From NCBI RefSeq assembly GCF_964204645.1, contig NC_134029.1, positions 8,768,850 to 8,832,849 of the forward strand: a stretch of DNA of 64,000 nucleotides, given 5' to 3'. Below, one piece after another: positions 12,601-25,568 of this stretch. The notes under the pieces are model-generated. The model was given only the letters and a program-made list of their open reading frames with translations. It had not been told where the DNA came from and did not search any database. This DNA is from Tubulanus polymorphus (Eukaryota; Animalia; Nemertea). Within the stretch, counting starts at the first letter, position 1. The number at the start of each line of letters is the position of its first letter. Both the position numbers and the translations under genes were made by a program.

Positions 12601-15600
12601 GGTGGGTGCATCGGTCCTCCAGATGTAGCCATTGACGTCTTGGATAATGGTGACGATGAATTTCATGCCAAGATACGTCGTCGGTTTCGAATTCGGGAAT
12701 TTTACACTTTTCACCATCGATAGGTATGCACTCGTCCAGTCCATTTGATTCTGATCGGAATCGTCATTCGGTCCCAATGCACCGATAGGTAGAATCAATA
12801 CACTGTTTCCTTGTAGGATGAAAACCCATATATTTGTGAATTTCGGCGATATCCAATACATGTTGATCAGTTTCACAATGATAGAAATCGATTCCTGGAA
12901 ATTCTTCTGGCCAGTGTTCGATGAACCGTCAATGACGATGAGAAAATCGTAGCGTTCTTTCACTGTAAATGGATTGTGCCATTATAGATATTATATATTA
13001 TAATAGATTATATTAATATAGATAGGACATTATAGATATGTCCTATGCATGTTTAGGATCATTGTAATATGACGACGGATAAAAGCCTAGTTTTCAAGAA
13101 CGTCTTCTAGCCACGATAAAAACGCTCGTGAATTCAACATATTTGGCCTACGGGTAGAATCGCTGGCAAAGCAATCATACGGTGAGAAACCGCAGCGAAA
13201 ATATTATCTCATAAAAACAAACAAAGCAACGGTTCCCTGTCTGACAATTGCCAGCATTTGCCGTAATGAAAAGGCTGCGTTATTGTAATTAGATAGTTGT
13301 GAGGCAACCTTCCGCAAAAAACGTGTGTCTCTAAGATCTGCTTTTTTCGATTTTGCGACATGTTTGTGTTGCGAGAAAAACCGCTACATATTCGCCGCTT
13401 AAGGAATCTTGTAAAACCATGTTGAGATAAATACATCCTCCCACGGCAGGGATTCGAACCTGATGGCATCGCTACACTCAGCCACGGCACAAACCCCTCA
13501 GTGCCACAGTAGACCGGGTGCGCAGGTACATGCGCAGCTTTGCCGCACTTGCGGCACCAAACAGATTGCTCGTTGTATAATCGCTGAGGTAAATTTCACG
13601 GAAGAACTATAAACACAACTTGCCTATAAATGGGTTGGCTGACAATGACGTCATCTAAGCAACGCGTGTAGCTGCGCACTCGGTCTAGTGTGGCAGGGTT
13701 TCGTACCGTGGTAGTCTCGTGGCAGTCTCCCTGTCGGGGGAGGATGAGATACATAATGAAATGGTATTTCTACATACCTTTCTTTGACACGTCAACTTGA
13801 GCACCATTGCTTCCTCCCGCACCTCCTTTCGTTATCGTTTTGGCGGTTGTATACTCCGATGGTAGACTCATTCGATCTCCAGTAATTATACCTAAATGAA
13901 GACTCAGTCAAAATAATGCTGCTTATTTTAATGATACGGACAGATCATCGTATTAATACATAGACAAGGCGATTTCAAATCAAAGTTAAGGACAGGAACT
14001 ATCGAATATCAACGTTGATTTCAAAATATTTTCGATACCGGGGTTAGACTTAATCCATAACTGTGAAGCTTTACCAGAATTTGTTACCTGAATTTTTGAA
14101 TGGTTGGACTGAAAACAGAGAAACAGATGAAATAAATTTCAGATATCAACGTATCCCATCAGTTATATCAGTCTAAGGCATCGGCTTTCTAAATAAACGA
14201 TAAATCGCAGGCCCACTTACTTTGCATCACGAAATATCTCGAATCGATGAAATATTTGGGGGATTTCGGATACGGTTCTGAAACAGAGACATGTATTAGA
14301 TATGAATCGACTCCGCGTTTAAACGTAAACGACAATGGATTTCGTTTCAAAGCGATATGATATATTACGAGATTTGTAAGTTGTGACGCTCGATTTGATG
14401 TTAGAAATGATAGCGTCCGGTGAACCAGCACTTAAAGTCGTCTTAACTCCTAGGGTTTTGAAGAAAGCCGCGTTATTCGTTTTGCCAAACGGGATGTATA
14501 TCGGAAACATGTAGACGGATATGTATTTCGTCCACAGTTCGATCATCAGCGATCGCCACGACGGTTCTACCGGGGTACCGATATCACCTGCAAAAAATAT
14601 ACCGGTACATCGTTACCCAAAATGGAACATGTACTTCTTAATGAAAACAGTGTGCAGGCTAACTGACAGTTAGAACTCATTGCCGCAGCTATCAAGTCTT
14701 ATAAAAAATCCCTAAAATACGCTGGCTTTAGGGGCCACATTTTCCCTGAAAAATCTGCTTCGAAATCAAGTTTTAGAGTGAAAAACGATTCATATCAAAG
14801 TTGTCTTGATGCTTGCCTTGTTGTTATTTGGTATGGGTTAGAAAATGCAGATAATGTCATAGGAAAAAGATTTCGCTATAGTTAAATGCTGCTTCATGAC
14901 GAATTCCTGACCAAACGCTCTTCAATTTACCAGGTTTTATTTTGAACGAAAATGGTAACACTCACCAATAATGAAGAACAATTTCGTCACGTCCGTTTCC
15001 CTTGACAGAAAGCGTTGCAGTAACAGCATAGCCAGACTTTGCGTGGTAGCGTCAAAATTAGGCTCTGCGTTATCCTTGTAATGCAAATCCTTGTCTATTT
15101 GCTTAGTATACGCGTCAACGTAAGCTTTCTCTAACTTGTCTTCGGCTCCAAATTCTGGAATTAGTTGGACCATATTTCCGGACGCCTCAATGACAAGCAA
15201 ATGAACGTAGTTTTTGGAGATGAAGAACGTTTGCAGCAATGCCTTCACGAAATCATGCGACTGTTCGTAGACCTTTTTACCGGTAGCTTTATTGTTGCCG
15301 ATCAGAATAACTATATCAAGTTTCATCTTGGTACCATCGGCTACAAACAATATAATGGATATTACGAATGAAAAAAAAAGAAATTAGAAATTGATAGTTG
15401 AGATCTATTTGAAAATAGTGATGAATTATATTCTAAGTATGGAATGAATTATACGATCTGCACAGTGCCCAACTCATTCCTCGAATTACAACGAAACACT
15501 GAGCAAGACCAAATTTTCTTCTAAACGCAAATTGGACAGAAAAGAAACTATACCACCTTCAGTTTCCGCAGCTAAAATCCATTTCAAGGATCTTTGTCAG

Positions 15601-16120
15601 GAGGTCTTGGAAACCCCAATCAACATTGCATCTTTCCGAAGAACCTTAAAGCCAAGATGAGGCCTTCAAAAAGTCCCAGAAAAAGGCCTTGTTATAAGAG
15701 TAAGTGTAGAAGAGTTTGTTATTTAAACTGACGCAAATAAAGCGTATTGGTTATTATAGTATGATACTCATTTCAGTGCGAAATATAACTTTGGATAATT
15801 GGTTCCATTGGCAAAGATCATACACTTACCGGATCCACCACTGGATTCCCCTCCGCCGCAGCTGCCACCCATACACCCGCCAGGCCTTCCATCTACAACA
15901 AAAAAGTGATTTATCATTTCGATGGTTACCCTTTAACCTGCTTATCAAAAATTGAATATTTCACAATAATTTTGAACAGTTACATTCGTGTTCTTAAAAA
16001 TAGCGCTATTGATTGCTATCGATAGTGTAGTTAGGCTGTTTATACGTATAGACTTCACTTACGGATGACGCTTGTTGTGATAATCAAAGTTAGTAATAAC
16101 ACAGTAACGTGCGACGCCAT
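6631..16120 (-). CDS. Secreted multi-vWA-domain protein (4 divergent vWA domains, P/S/K-rich linkers, Met/Ser/Gly repeat tail), about 1325 aa, 27 coding exons
   Basis: GT-AG exons: 16120-16063, 15892-15830, 15571-15554, 15340-14966, 14587-14369, 14108-14088, 13891-13778, 12962-12363, 11985-11914, 11825-11805, 11724-11608, 11484-11356, 11265-11134, 11009-10878, 10753-10655, 10573-10471, 10382-10205, 10063-9775, 9512-9447, 9349-9317, 9120-9103, 8800-8559, 8183-8028, 7894-7714, 7610-7554, 7397-7275, 6992-6631. Sum 3978 nt, open throughout. Signal peptide MASHVTVLLLTLIITTSVIHG. vWA beta-A strands LDIVILIGNN, YDFLIVIDGSSN, FFVLLDGSKR, ELIYIMDTSKD, each followed by an (F/Y/W/E)-IS(P/K) motif. Microexons are less certain. 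Confidence 0.8.
6675..6810 (-). repeat. Coding 24-nt tandem repeat encoding (Q/K)MMSSGSG
   Basis: About 5-6 units of gatgacatcatttgtccactgccg on the plus strand inside the last exon. Confidence 0.9.
10655..11724 (-). repeat. Tandem exon+intron duplication (period about 256 bp) encoding P/S/K/G-rich linker repeats
   Basis: Acceptors at 10754, 11010, 11266 (256-bp spacing); donors at 10877 and 11133; introns near-identical between the youngest copies; peptide unit like GKTPKQPSEPSSPTKPNTPSKGSPSNPSKPDGSP. Confidence 0.9.
12363..12962 (-). CDS. vWA domain 2 exon (600 nt, phase 1-1) of the multi-vWA gene
   Basis: YDFLIVIDGSSNTGQKNFQESISIIVKLINMYWISPKFTNIWVF...; acceptor tttacag at 12963, donor GTAAGT at 12362. 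Confidence 0.85.
13436..13744. mobile_element. Interspersed element with inverted tRNA-like ends (other copies 41322-41703 and partial about 52674-52862)
   Basis: Shared core gttgtataatcgctgaggyaaatttcacgga..actataaa; outward-facing ends carry TGGCTGAGTG and GGTTCGAATCC. Confidence 0.65.
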
Positions 16121-16310
16121 CGTTACTACAATACTGTGTCTGAAAGGAACGAGGTTAGATCGTTTTAAATTCGAGAATCTCAATTCAATAAGGTGGTTCC
16201 TAAAGTGTAGAAATGTTTTGGGAAATATATTTTCATTGAACAATGTCCAATGTTTATTCCGAGTAAGTTACTCGAAGTTCTCAGTTAAAAGTGATTTTGG
16301 AGGTGTATGC

Positions 16311-17153
16311 TACGGAAGCATCCCGGAGACATCATTAAGGAAAAAGGGGACATCATTAACGAACAAATTGAAATTTGATTTAATATCGAGATATGTCTTA
16401 ACATGAAATCATTTACGATTGATAAATCGATTTCCCGATTATGTCGAGTTATCATCTCAACATGGAATCAGAAATTCTTTTATTTAATTCTAATTTCGAC
16501 TTTTCGTCCGGATCCTCTGCCATCTAGGATACATAATTTACCATTAATAAAAAGTTTTGCCGTTTTCGTGTTGAGACAACACAACTCTCCTTATGAATTT
16601 GATGTTGAATTATTATCTCCACTTAAGAGGATTTACGAAAGGTTTGATTTTATGTCGAGATAATAACTCGAAATAAAAACAGAAAAACTTGTTGGTGAAT
16701 CGTAAATGAATAAATGTCAAAATAAAAAACCATCTTAATTGCACTAAACATGTGGTTAATAGCTCTTGTCTTAAACAACTGTATGACAATTACGTTACCT
16801 CTTGCCTTAAGCAATTGTATGACAGGCCTCTTGCCTGAAACAACTGCATGACAGTTACGTTACATCTCGCCTTAAACAACTGTATGACAGCTACGAGCAA
16901 TCATCTAAATAATAATTTAGATAATTGCTCGTAGATGACAGTTACGTTAAAAAAAGATTATCGTTAATCAAAATTTTCTTGATCGTAAACGACGTCTCTG
17001 AGACGGCAGTGGATCTCGACAAAAAAGTCGAATTTTGAAATTAAAGAAAATTTCTGATTTTATGTTGAGATAATAACTCAACCGTACATGATTGGGATAC
17101 ATCTCGACATAAAATACCATTTTCCTAGATTATGTCCCCAGGACGCTTCCGTA
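16311..17153. mobile_element. Non-autonomous IS3EU-like element with an internal minisatellite
   Basis: TIR TACGGAAGCATCC.GG.GACAT / ATGTCCCCAGGACGCTTCCGTA; flanks GTATGC / GTGCGC; internal cttaaacaactgtatgaca repeats at about 16770-16890. Confidence 0.6.
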
Positions 17154-17242
17154 GTGCGCCGAGTTATCAACTCGAAATTAATTCAGTTTTCTCAGAACAG
17201 ATTTTTAGAAGTTTATTAATTTGTTAATACACGTCTGTAACC

Positions 17243-17426
17243 TACGAAGGCCTCCTGGGCACATTGATTGATTTTTAAAACATTTTTTCAGCCATATCTA
17301 TCCGCGTCTATATAAAAAGCACAGATAAGCATGGCGGACTTTTCTGCACCTTTATAAAGACGCATATAAATATGTCTCGGAAAATGTAAACAAAAAATAA
17401 ATCAATGTCCCCAGCGCGCCGTCGTA
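17243..17426. mobile_element. Palindromic IS3EU-like MITE
   Basis: TACGAAGGCCTCCTGGGCACATTGATT ... AATCAATGTCCCCAGCGCGCCGTCGTA with GTAACC on both flanks; arms pair almost end to end. Confidence 0.65.
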
Positions 17427-20106
17427 GTAACCGAACATTAATGGAGTCTTTTAATCTCAAAAAACATTTTTATTTAAAGAGTTTTATAACTAGTCCCTGT
17501 TACAACAAAATGCATAAATCGTAAAGAGCTTTGAGATTGTTTTAATGTAAAGCGCTTTTAGAATGATCATTATCATTGTTATTAATTCCTAGATAGTAAG
17601 TCGTAATAAACCAGGTTTTTTCAGTTAAAAGTGATATTGGGGTGACGTATATGCCGAGTAAGCAACTCGAAATAAACTTCAAAAATTACTTTCTACCGAG
17701 AAAATATCATATTCCGAGTTGTTGCTAAGTTGAATAAACCTCAAATTGCTTTTCAGATTGCTGTTTGACTTAAAATATTTCTGTGGCCTCCGATGAATTT
17801 TTTTTTGAATAATTCAAAAAATGAAGCGCGTCAGATGACCAATGCGAATCTTATAGTAGATTCATTAAGTAATTTGGGCATATTTTGGACCGACATCATA
17901 ATGCATTTATGTATCACATGAGATACTAATTCTGCAAAAATCATAAAGAATAAGATGAAAAAAGTAGAATAGTTCTTACCTGTAAACAACAGACCCCAAC
18001 TTGGACTGATTGAACTACGTGTACGAATAACACTCTTATATAGACCAAGTAAGAGCTTAACTTTGCAATTACCTAACATAATTCTATTCAAATCTAGACA
18101 TCGTTAAAATTGGTAAGGTAATTGCACAATTGAATTATCGTTCTTTTAAACCGCGTTACTCCAATTAATCTTTCTTCAACGGAAAGAATTAGCAGTAATC
18201 AATAGCTTTACAAAGCCGGCATCCAGAAATAAGTCGTATTTTTAGTTTGTAAGGCGGTTAATTCGAAGTACGTGAAATAAATCTATCATAGCCATCTGTC
18301 CGTTACGATATAGAATAAAAACCGTCTCAAGTAATTCGTACTAATTAATTTGTACATTGTCTGTAAATAGGATTTCTGTATTTATTTGTGTCCAGTAAAG
18401 ATATTAATACAATAACAATAATAATAATAACAATGATGATAATGAAATTTCATATGATTCAATCTTATATAGCGCTCAATATCACGATGAGTCAAAGCAC
18501 TGTACAGAAAAATATACCACATTACAGATCCATTGAGCTAAAACATTTCAGTTGTAAGATTCATTAAAAAATGTGTGATTTATTAAGTTTTTTCTTAAAA
18601 ATTTGAACTGACCCAATCTCCCGAATATATTTTGGAAGTAAGTTCGATAGTATTGGAGGGATAAAACTAAAAAATTGGCTAACAATATTTCTCTTTCGGG
18701 TAGGAGGTTTATACGAAATAGATTTATCATGACCAGATCTAAGATGACGACTATAGGACCCAGGACCCAATTCAACAGTTGTGAGTTAGAGTTAACTCTG
18801 AGTTAAAGTTAGTTCATTTTAAATTAGTTAATTTCGAGTTGACCCAGTTCCACAGTTGTGAGTAAAGATTTAACTCAGTTAGCTAGGAGTATATTATACG
18901 GTAATAAAAGCTGAGACAGATAAGTTGTGGCAATGGGTTTTAGTCAAGGGAAACAAAGAGATCCGAACGATGTAAAGCAATATACAAACAGACAGGCATC
19001 ATTATTTTCATTAATTTTGGATAACTCTGTATCTTCGATTCTGGTGCACGGTCTAACTGGGAATTCATTTCTTGTGAAGAAAATAGCATGCACGGTGTTC
19101 CTGAAAATTCAATTTCATTTTCAGCTAGAAATTTATCTCAGAAAATAAATTCACTTTAAATTTACTTTAAACAAATCTTTAATTATCTGCAAGAAAAAAG
19201 GACATTGCTACCAATTTCTTTCTCATATATTTCGTGATCAAAAAATCTTGGCGTGGCTCGAATCAGCCACTATAGTATGCCGACTGTAATACATTGACAT
19301 ACCTCGGCTACCTGCAAACGGAATACTGCTAGTTGAAAGAACTACTGCATTCGCTAGGACTCGCAAGCCTGTGAAAAACACTGGTGGCATCGTGGCATCT
19401 CCATTACCACTAAGCTGCAAATGCTGCTCTCATTGGCCCTCAAAGGTGTGCCGATATTGGAAAGCATATCGACGCCTCTGAGATAACTGTTATCGTATCG
19501 GCCATACAGCGCTGAAGCTATATGAGTGTGTTACTGACCTCCCAGACCCTTCCTTTCATCAGCATCAGAAAAAAACTGAATTGATTTGTGCATGTAAAGT
19601 GAGAAAAAACGGCTCTAATGTAAATCATCTTTGGTAGCATCACTCTTGAACGGCTTCACAAAATCATGGACCGCACTGGGGATGATGGCCTGGCGAGCTG
19701 AAAACATGGTGATAAAATGCTGTTGTCGGCTATTCCTCTTTTCTGTGAAATAGGACTAAACCGCTGTTGTCTCTTTAGTCGACATCCTGGGACAAGATGA
19801 CAGGCTCTGAGACTGACGATGATTCTGACCGTAATAACTGCTGATGACGTGGCATTCACATCTGAACTATACATTGAACATGCTTTATAGATATAGATGT
19901 AGATGTCAAAAATCATGAAACAAATCTCTTTTATTTCATAAGATTTTAAGTATTGTGCATACACAATGTATAGAATGCATATTTTACAGGTTCAATCAGA
20001 TGCATAGCGTGAAATACTCTAGTAAAAGAGAAAGTCATTTTACAGTAGAAAGCACCCTGTTAATATTCCGCACAATCAGAAAACAATTTACCACTGTGAC
20101 AGGTAT

Positions 20107-22678
20107 CTACGGGTTTAAGGGCCTGATTTTCATTTCAGCGCGTTTTAGTGAGTAAAAGTCCGATTGTTTTAACGTGTACCACACGGTACCGTCGGCAAAC
20201 GTCTGTCCTCCTCTGGAGTACCAGGATGTATGATAGACCCCGTTCAGGTTGCTGAAATAACAACTATTGTACCACCATCCACCCTTGTTGTCCGTCGCGC
20301 AGTTTCTCGCGTGCAAATCGTTGTCCACGTCCTCGGCGCTGAACGCCATATTATCGTGGTAACTCAAAGAGTCGCCGGCGTTACCTTGGTAACCGTTCAC
20401 GTGAATACGGTATTGGCTGACTTCATCGTCGATTAGGAAGTTCGTGTATTCCGCGTAAGCCCGATTTCCCTCCCAGTCCCACAGGTCGATGCGTAGCATA
20501 TACTTCTTCTGGTTGGTCAACTTGTACAGCATCTCGTTACCGATCCAAAATTCGTCGTACGGGTTTCCGAAACCGAATTTGTATTCCAACCAGCGCCGGT
20601 TGAAATTCAGCGAACCGTGAATGCGTCTCTGCAGAACCAACCAACCTGTCTTGTTGAACATCTCGCAGTATACGCTCTCCCACGTCGTCGAACCTTTCGG
20701 TTTGATCTGATAGACAGCCGGAGTCTTGTATCCGAATCGGTAAACATCGTGACAATCTGCAAAGAGTTAAATAAGGAATACTGCGGAATCGGTATACACT
20801 CTGCCTCACGGAAAGAATGGGACCCGCTATTAGAGGTATTATACATCATATGGACGTCGAATAAGCAGTGAACTGTGAGCGTTTACTACAGTTAACTGCT
20901 TAACAGCCAATATGATGCGCTGTGACATCAGGCGCATTACCAATAGTCGACCTTAAAGAACTAAATGCAGCATAGTAGAGGCCAAATATACAAGTCCAAT
21001 AAGAATGCCCGCTATCATAAATCGATAATCTGTAGACAAAATGAAATGACTGACGCATGAGATTATGTCACTTTTTATACCTGTTGCACAGTCATTTTCA
21101 CCAGTCTAAGGCCGATTTAGTTCTATAGCCAATCTAACAACTCGCTATGTTTTGGACCACTTCTGGACTGAGTCGACTGGACTGTCACGATTGTGGCCTG
21201 TTTCAGTGAATACGTCGTAACGCGTTCTTAAATCGAGTTGATGAGTGATAATATACATTGATAGATCGTTGCCCTCGCCTGTTTGCACGACCTCCGACGA
21301 TGATTCCCGAATCATATCTTACCTTGAGGTACATTTTCATCGGTAATATCCACAGCTGTTTTCGGCGCTCGTTTCTGGTTCGCATTCGGGTCTGAAATGA
21401 ATAATGATCGTCGTTGGAAACACTGGAGTGCGCATTTCGGAAACTTCTATTAATCAAAGAAGATACGAATGGAAGATCAATTGAATAATGCCCACAAAGG
21501 GGAATTTCGTAGAATATTTTGAAGTACGAAAAAAAGGATTTCGAAAATCGGAGTTTGAATTGCTTGTTTGACACGGGAGAGCACGTATGATGCACGTAAG
21601 TGTATGAAGTAATAGGTTATACGCACTCGGCCGGTCAACGGGTATAGTCGTCATGTTGAAGTCGTTATCATTTCCTCCGATTTTGATGATAGCCCTTTGT
21701 AGGTACGAATTTTCGTAACGAAGCAACGCCAGCTGGTCTTGAATCTTCGAATTCGACATGCGAATCCGTGTTTGCAGTCCGCGAAGATCTTCGATTTCCA
21801 TGCGCAGCAGGTTTATGTTTCGTTTGATCTCGTCGGTGATGCCTTGTTGTTCGCTCTGCTGCAACTTCATCGCCGTGCCTTGCGACAGTATCTCTTGTAG
21901 CGTCTCTTTGCCGGAATTTTTGAATTTCACCATGTCCGACTGCAGATCGCTGTGGGCCAGCGTAAGCTGTTGGATGCCGCGTTGAAGGTCTTGGATCTCC
22001 CGCTTGATCAGAAGCCATTCGGCTTTCAAGTCGCCTATCTCGTTACGGAGTGAGGCGAACTTCGTCTGCAGACTGTCGGACTGAACTTTGAGGTCGTCCC
22101 CTAACGAAATCAGCTGCTGTTGTCCGTCGGTGGTCAGGGTAGCACCGTCGCTACCTGGGCTAGTTGCTCGAGCCTTCAATTTTAACTTGTCTTGCTTGGT
22201 TTCTAAAGCGAGCAGCTAATTAATGGAAAACATATCATAAATATCCTGCCAAACATAATGCCATCTTATTCTCACGTTAGGAATTTACATGTCGAAGACG
22301 GACTGGCTATAGGAGCCAACGAACAATTCGTAAACCTACCTTAACTCGAAGTTCTTGCTGGTCGATTCTCATCTTTACCGATTCGAGTTTATGTTCGAGA
22401 ACTTGCTTCTCGACGTGATGCGTCAAATTCTTCGACTGCAGCAATTCCCTGAGCAGCTCGTTCTTGAAGCGATATAGCTCCTGCGTAAAATACGAAGATA
22501 TGTTGCGATCTCGGATGTCCATCGCTTCCAGGCGTCTGGTGACGTCTTCGTTCGGTTTCCACACGTGGAAACTGTACACGCAATGTTGCTGGTCGTTCGA
22601 AGTGACGGCTACGGCACCGGTAGGAGCCCACGCCACTAAGGCCCCCGAAAGAAATATCGGTATGATAGACAGTAGCAT
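20107..22678 (-). CDS. Angiopoietin-like / fibrinogen-related (FReD) secreted protein, 548 aa, 4 coding exons
   Basis: Exons 22678-22340, 22215-21627, 21391-21323, 20756-20107 (1647 nt, in frame). Signal peptide MLLSIIPIFLSGALVAWAPTGAVA, a CVYSF motif, long heptad coiled coil, then a C-terminal FBG domain (PQDCHD, VYCEM, GWLVLQRR.HGS.NFNR.W.EYK.GFG, EFWIGNE, GGWWYNSCYFSNLNG, SLKRAEMKIRP). Confidence 0.92.
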
Positions 22679-23841
22679 TTTCGTAGAAAGACCACACGTT
22701 ACATCGTACTCCGAACTATCGGAGTTAAATGAGAACGCCAAGTATGATGAATGGTTTACATCCGGATAAGCAATTTAATGAATATAAACATGACCCCGAT
22801 ATCCCCTTCTAAACGAGTGAGGTCTGACGTAACCTGAAATCGATTCAAAACATTCAACTCGAATGCTTGTAAAGAACAAAGGCAAATTCCTTCGGCGCAT
22901 CATTCATGCGCCATTAATTCGCCTATTATTGAATTCCGAACCCCAGATCCACAGTTGTGAGTAAGAGTTAAATTTAATTTTCCTGAATCTGGATCCTGGA
23001 GTCCAAGTTTGACACATTCAAAATTTGCCCTTGTCCGTCACAAGCTTTAGGGATTAAACCCTAGGAATAAATCCAGAAAGAAATCAACCAAATCAAAGAA
23101 TTTTCGTTTAGGAAAAATTCAATTATTTTCTTCATGACAAATTATCAATCCATTATATTGAAATTAAGTATTATATGCGTTAAATGGTCCTTTAAAGACA
23201 TCACATTTTGAATATTTAGCATACATTAATTTGGAACAAACAACTAAATGAAATATTTGCATTACACACATCAGCGAATTTCTGCGAAATAATAACCTAC
23301 TGTTAAAAGCTGAAATTACGTCCTGACAACGAAAATAACAGACCAGCTGTTCAATGAAATGTATACAATCAACATTATCAACAATCAAAAATTATGTTTT
23401 AAGCGTCGGTGCCTAATGCATCAAGGTAAACGAACGACATTGCAATTAACAGCTTCGCAGGCCCGTATTTAGGGGGTGGTTCAGATGCCTACCTTAACAA
23501 CATTTGAGCATTGATTTAAAACATTCACTCATTGGTAACACTTTTTTGTCATTCGTTTTCGCTCAAAACATGCAAATACTTCCAAACTTAGTTCATTTCG
23601 AAGCAAAATTGTAGGAAATAAGAAGCAAACTTCACCCCAAACAAGCTATAGGAGTTGTAATATAGCTTCTCTTTGCATCTCATTTGTCCAAAATTTTCTA
23701 CGTGACATCTCCCATGACCCGATACAGCATGGCTACCTAACAAAAAGTTCCACTTTCTAGAAAAAAGTTCCACTTCCATGAAAAAGGTTCAACGTTCATG
23801 GAAATAAAACCCTCGTTTTGCCCGCAAACGATAAAACGTGT

Positions 23842-24009
23842 AACGCACACGGGACGAAAAACGTTTTCAAATCAAGCAGTGCTTGTTTCGCGAAAAACGT
23901 TTTTCAGTTCGGCGTTTTGTGTTTTGCCTCCCCCGCACACGGCATGGCAAAAAACATCGAAAACGTTTTTTTGACGAGGAAAAAACGTTTTTTCGGTGCC
24001 GTGTGCGTT
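23842..24009. mobile_element. MITE with TIR AACGCACACGG..CGAAAAACG
   Basis: aacgcacacgggacgaaaaacg ... cgtttttcggtgccgtgtgcgtt; internal aaaacgtttt palindromes. Confidence 0.6.
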
Positions 24010-25310
24010 GGGCTTAACGCGTCCATTCAATCAGTTTCACGATGATCTCAGAATCGAGCAAATCCGTTTCATAACATATCGTATATTCATTGGCCAAGGC
24101 ACTGATGATCATAAGTGCTTACATCAGTTGAAGAACCTCTTCGGTTTTAGCACTAGTTCCGATCGAGGTCGGAAGTTTACTCTCATACGAACCCAATTGC
24201 GCAGTAAAGGCGTAGTCTTACGTTGCTGGTGAATTTCATTTGTATTCATGCAAACCCAAAACTGCGAGAAACATCTACGAATTAAAAGACCAGATCAGTT
24301 GAACGTTAAAATCACGACTTCGCATCAGGATCATGGGGCATACTTATGTGCAGTCATCGCTGCAAGGCGAGTATTTAAAACTGCGCAAGTATTCCGTGAC
24401 TTCAGTACATATTCGTAGTCTTAAACGTTACCGAAACAAATAGAGAATATACTCACATTTAACCGAACATTTCATCTAATGGCTCAGAATTTGGGAGAAT
24501 TTATCAATGAAAGTGCGTATAACCTTAATGGGATACTGGCAACAAAATACCGGGTTATCCGTAGTGAAAATCAGTTTGTTTTCGATGAAATTCGAACTTG
24601 ATTTTGAAGATTCAAAATCCGAAAGTTCTCACTCAGTTTATCGTATTGATTTCACTGAAAATTGATTAACTAATCGGATAAGTTGACTTGAATTTATGTA
24701 GAAGAAATTGAAGCGCAGTGTCACTAGCGATCCTTCCGGATTATGGCCCAACCCTCGCTTCCCTCAGTAACCTTGCCGGTATCCCATTGTCTGTAATCTC
24801 AACCTGTGCCTTTATCTTATTTGTTATTCGTAGTGATGTACGCCTTGACTGCGCAAGCGACCAGCGATCGCATAAAATGTCACACTTGATTTTACAACCG
24901 AGAATCTAATATCACGCGATTTAATAAACACATCAGGGGTTTTGTTTTTCTGGCAAATGGCCAACTACAAGCATACAAGTATCATGTATATATTTCAGAT
25001 ATGCGTGGCTCAATATGTTGTTAGTGTAAAAAGCAGCATATCTGACTCTCAGCGAGGAATAAGAAAGAAGTGTTCAGCATTTCGTGAACCGCAAATCGGC
25101 TAACGGCAGAAAGTGCTGATATTACTTTCAAACACTACTTTAAAAGTTTATTCAAGTTACTCTATGTCATAAAATACTAGTTTAAATGTGACGTCTAGAA
25201 ACAAAGTTACCTATATTACTACCATAAACATTATCAAACGTCTCTTAATATCTACCATATACACTAAACTCAAGCTTATTACTCATAATGGAGAAAGTTT
25301 CGACACCGTT

Positions 25311-25568
<258 letters not shown>

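Noticed and set aside
13440-13495. tRNA gene
   Set aside because: Only A/B-box-like motifs and a T-arm; no anticodon arm or full cloverleaf, and it is part of a dispersed repeat.
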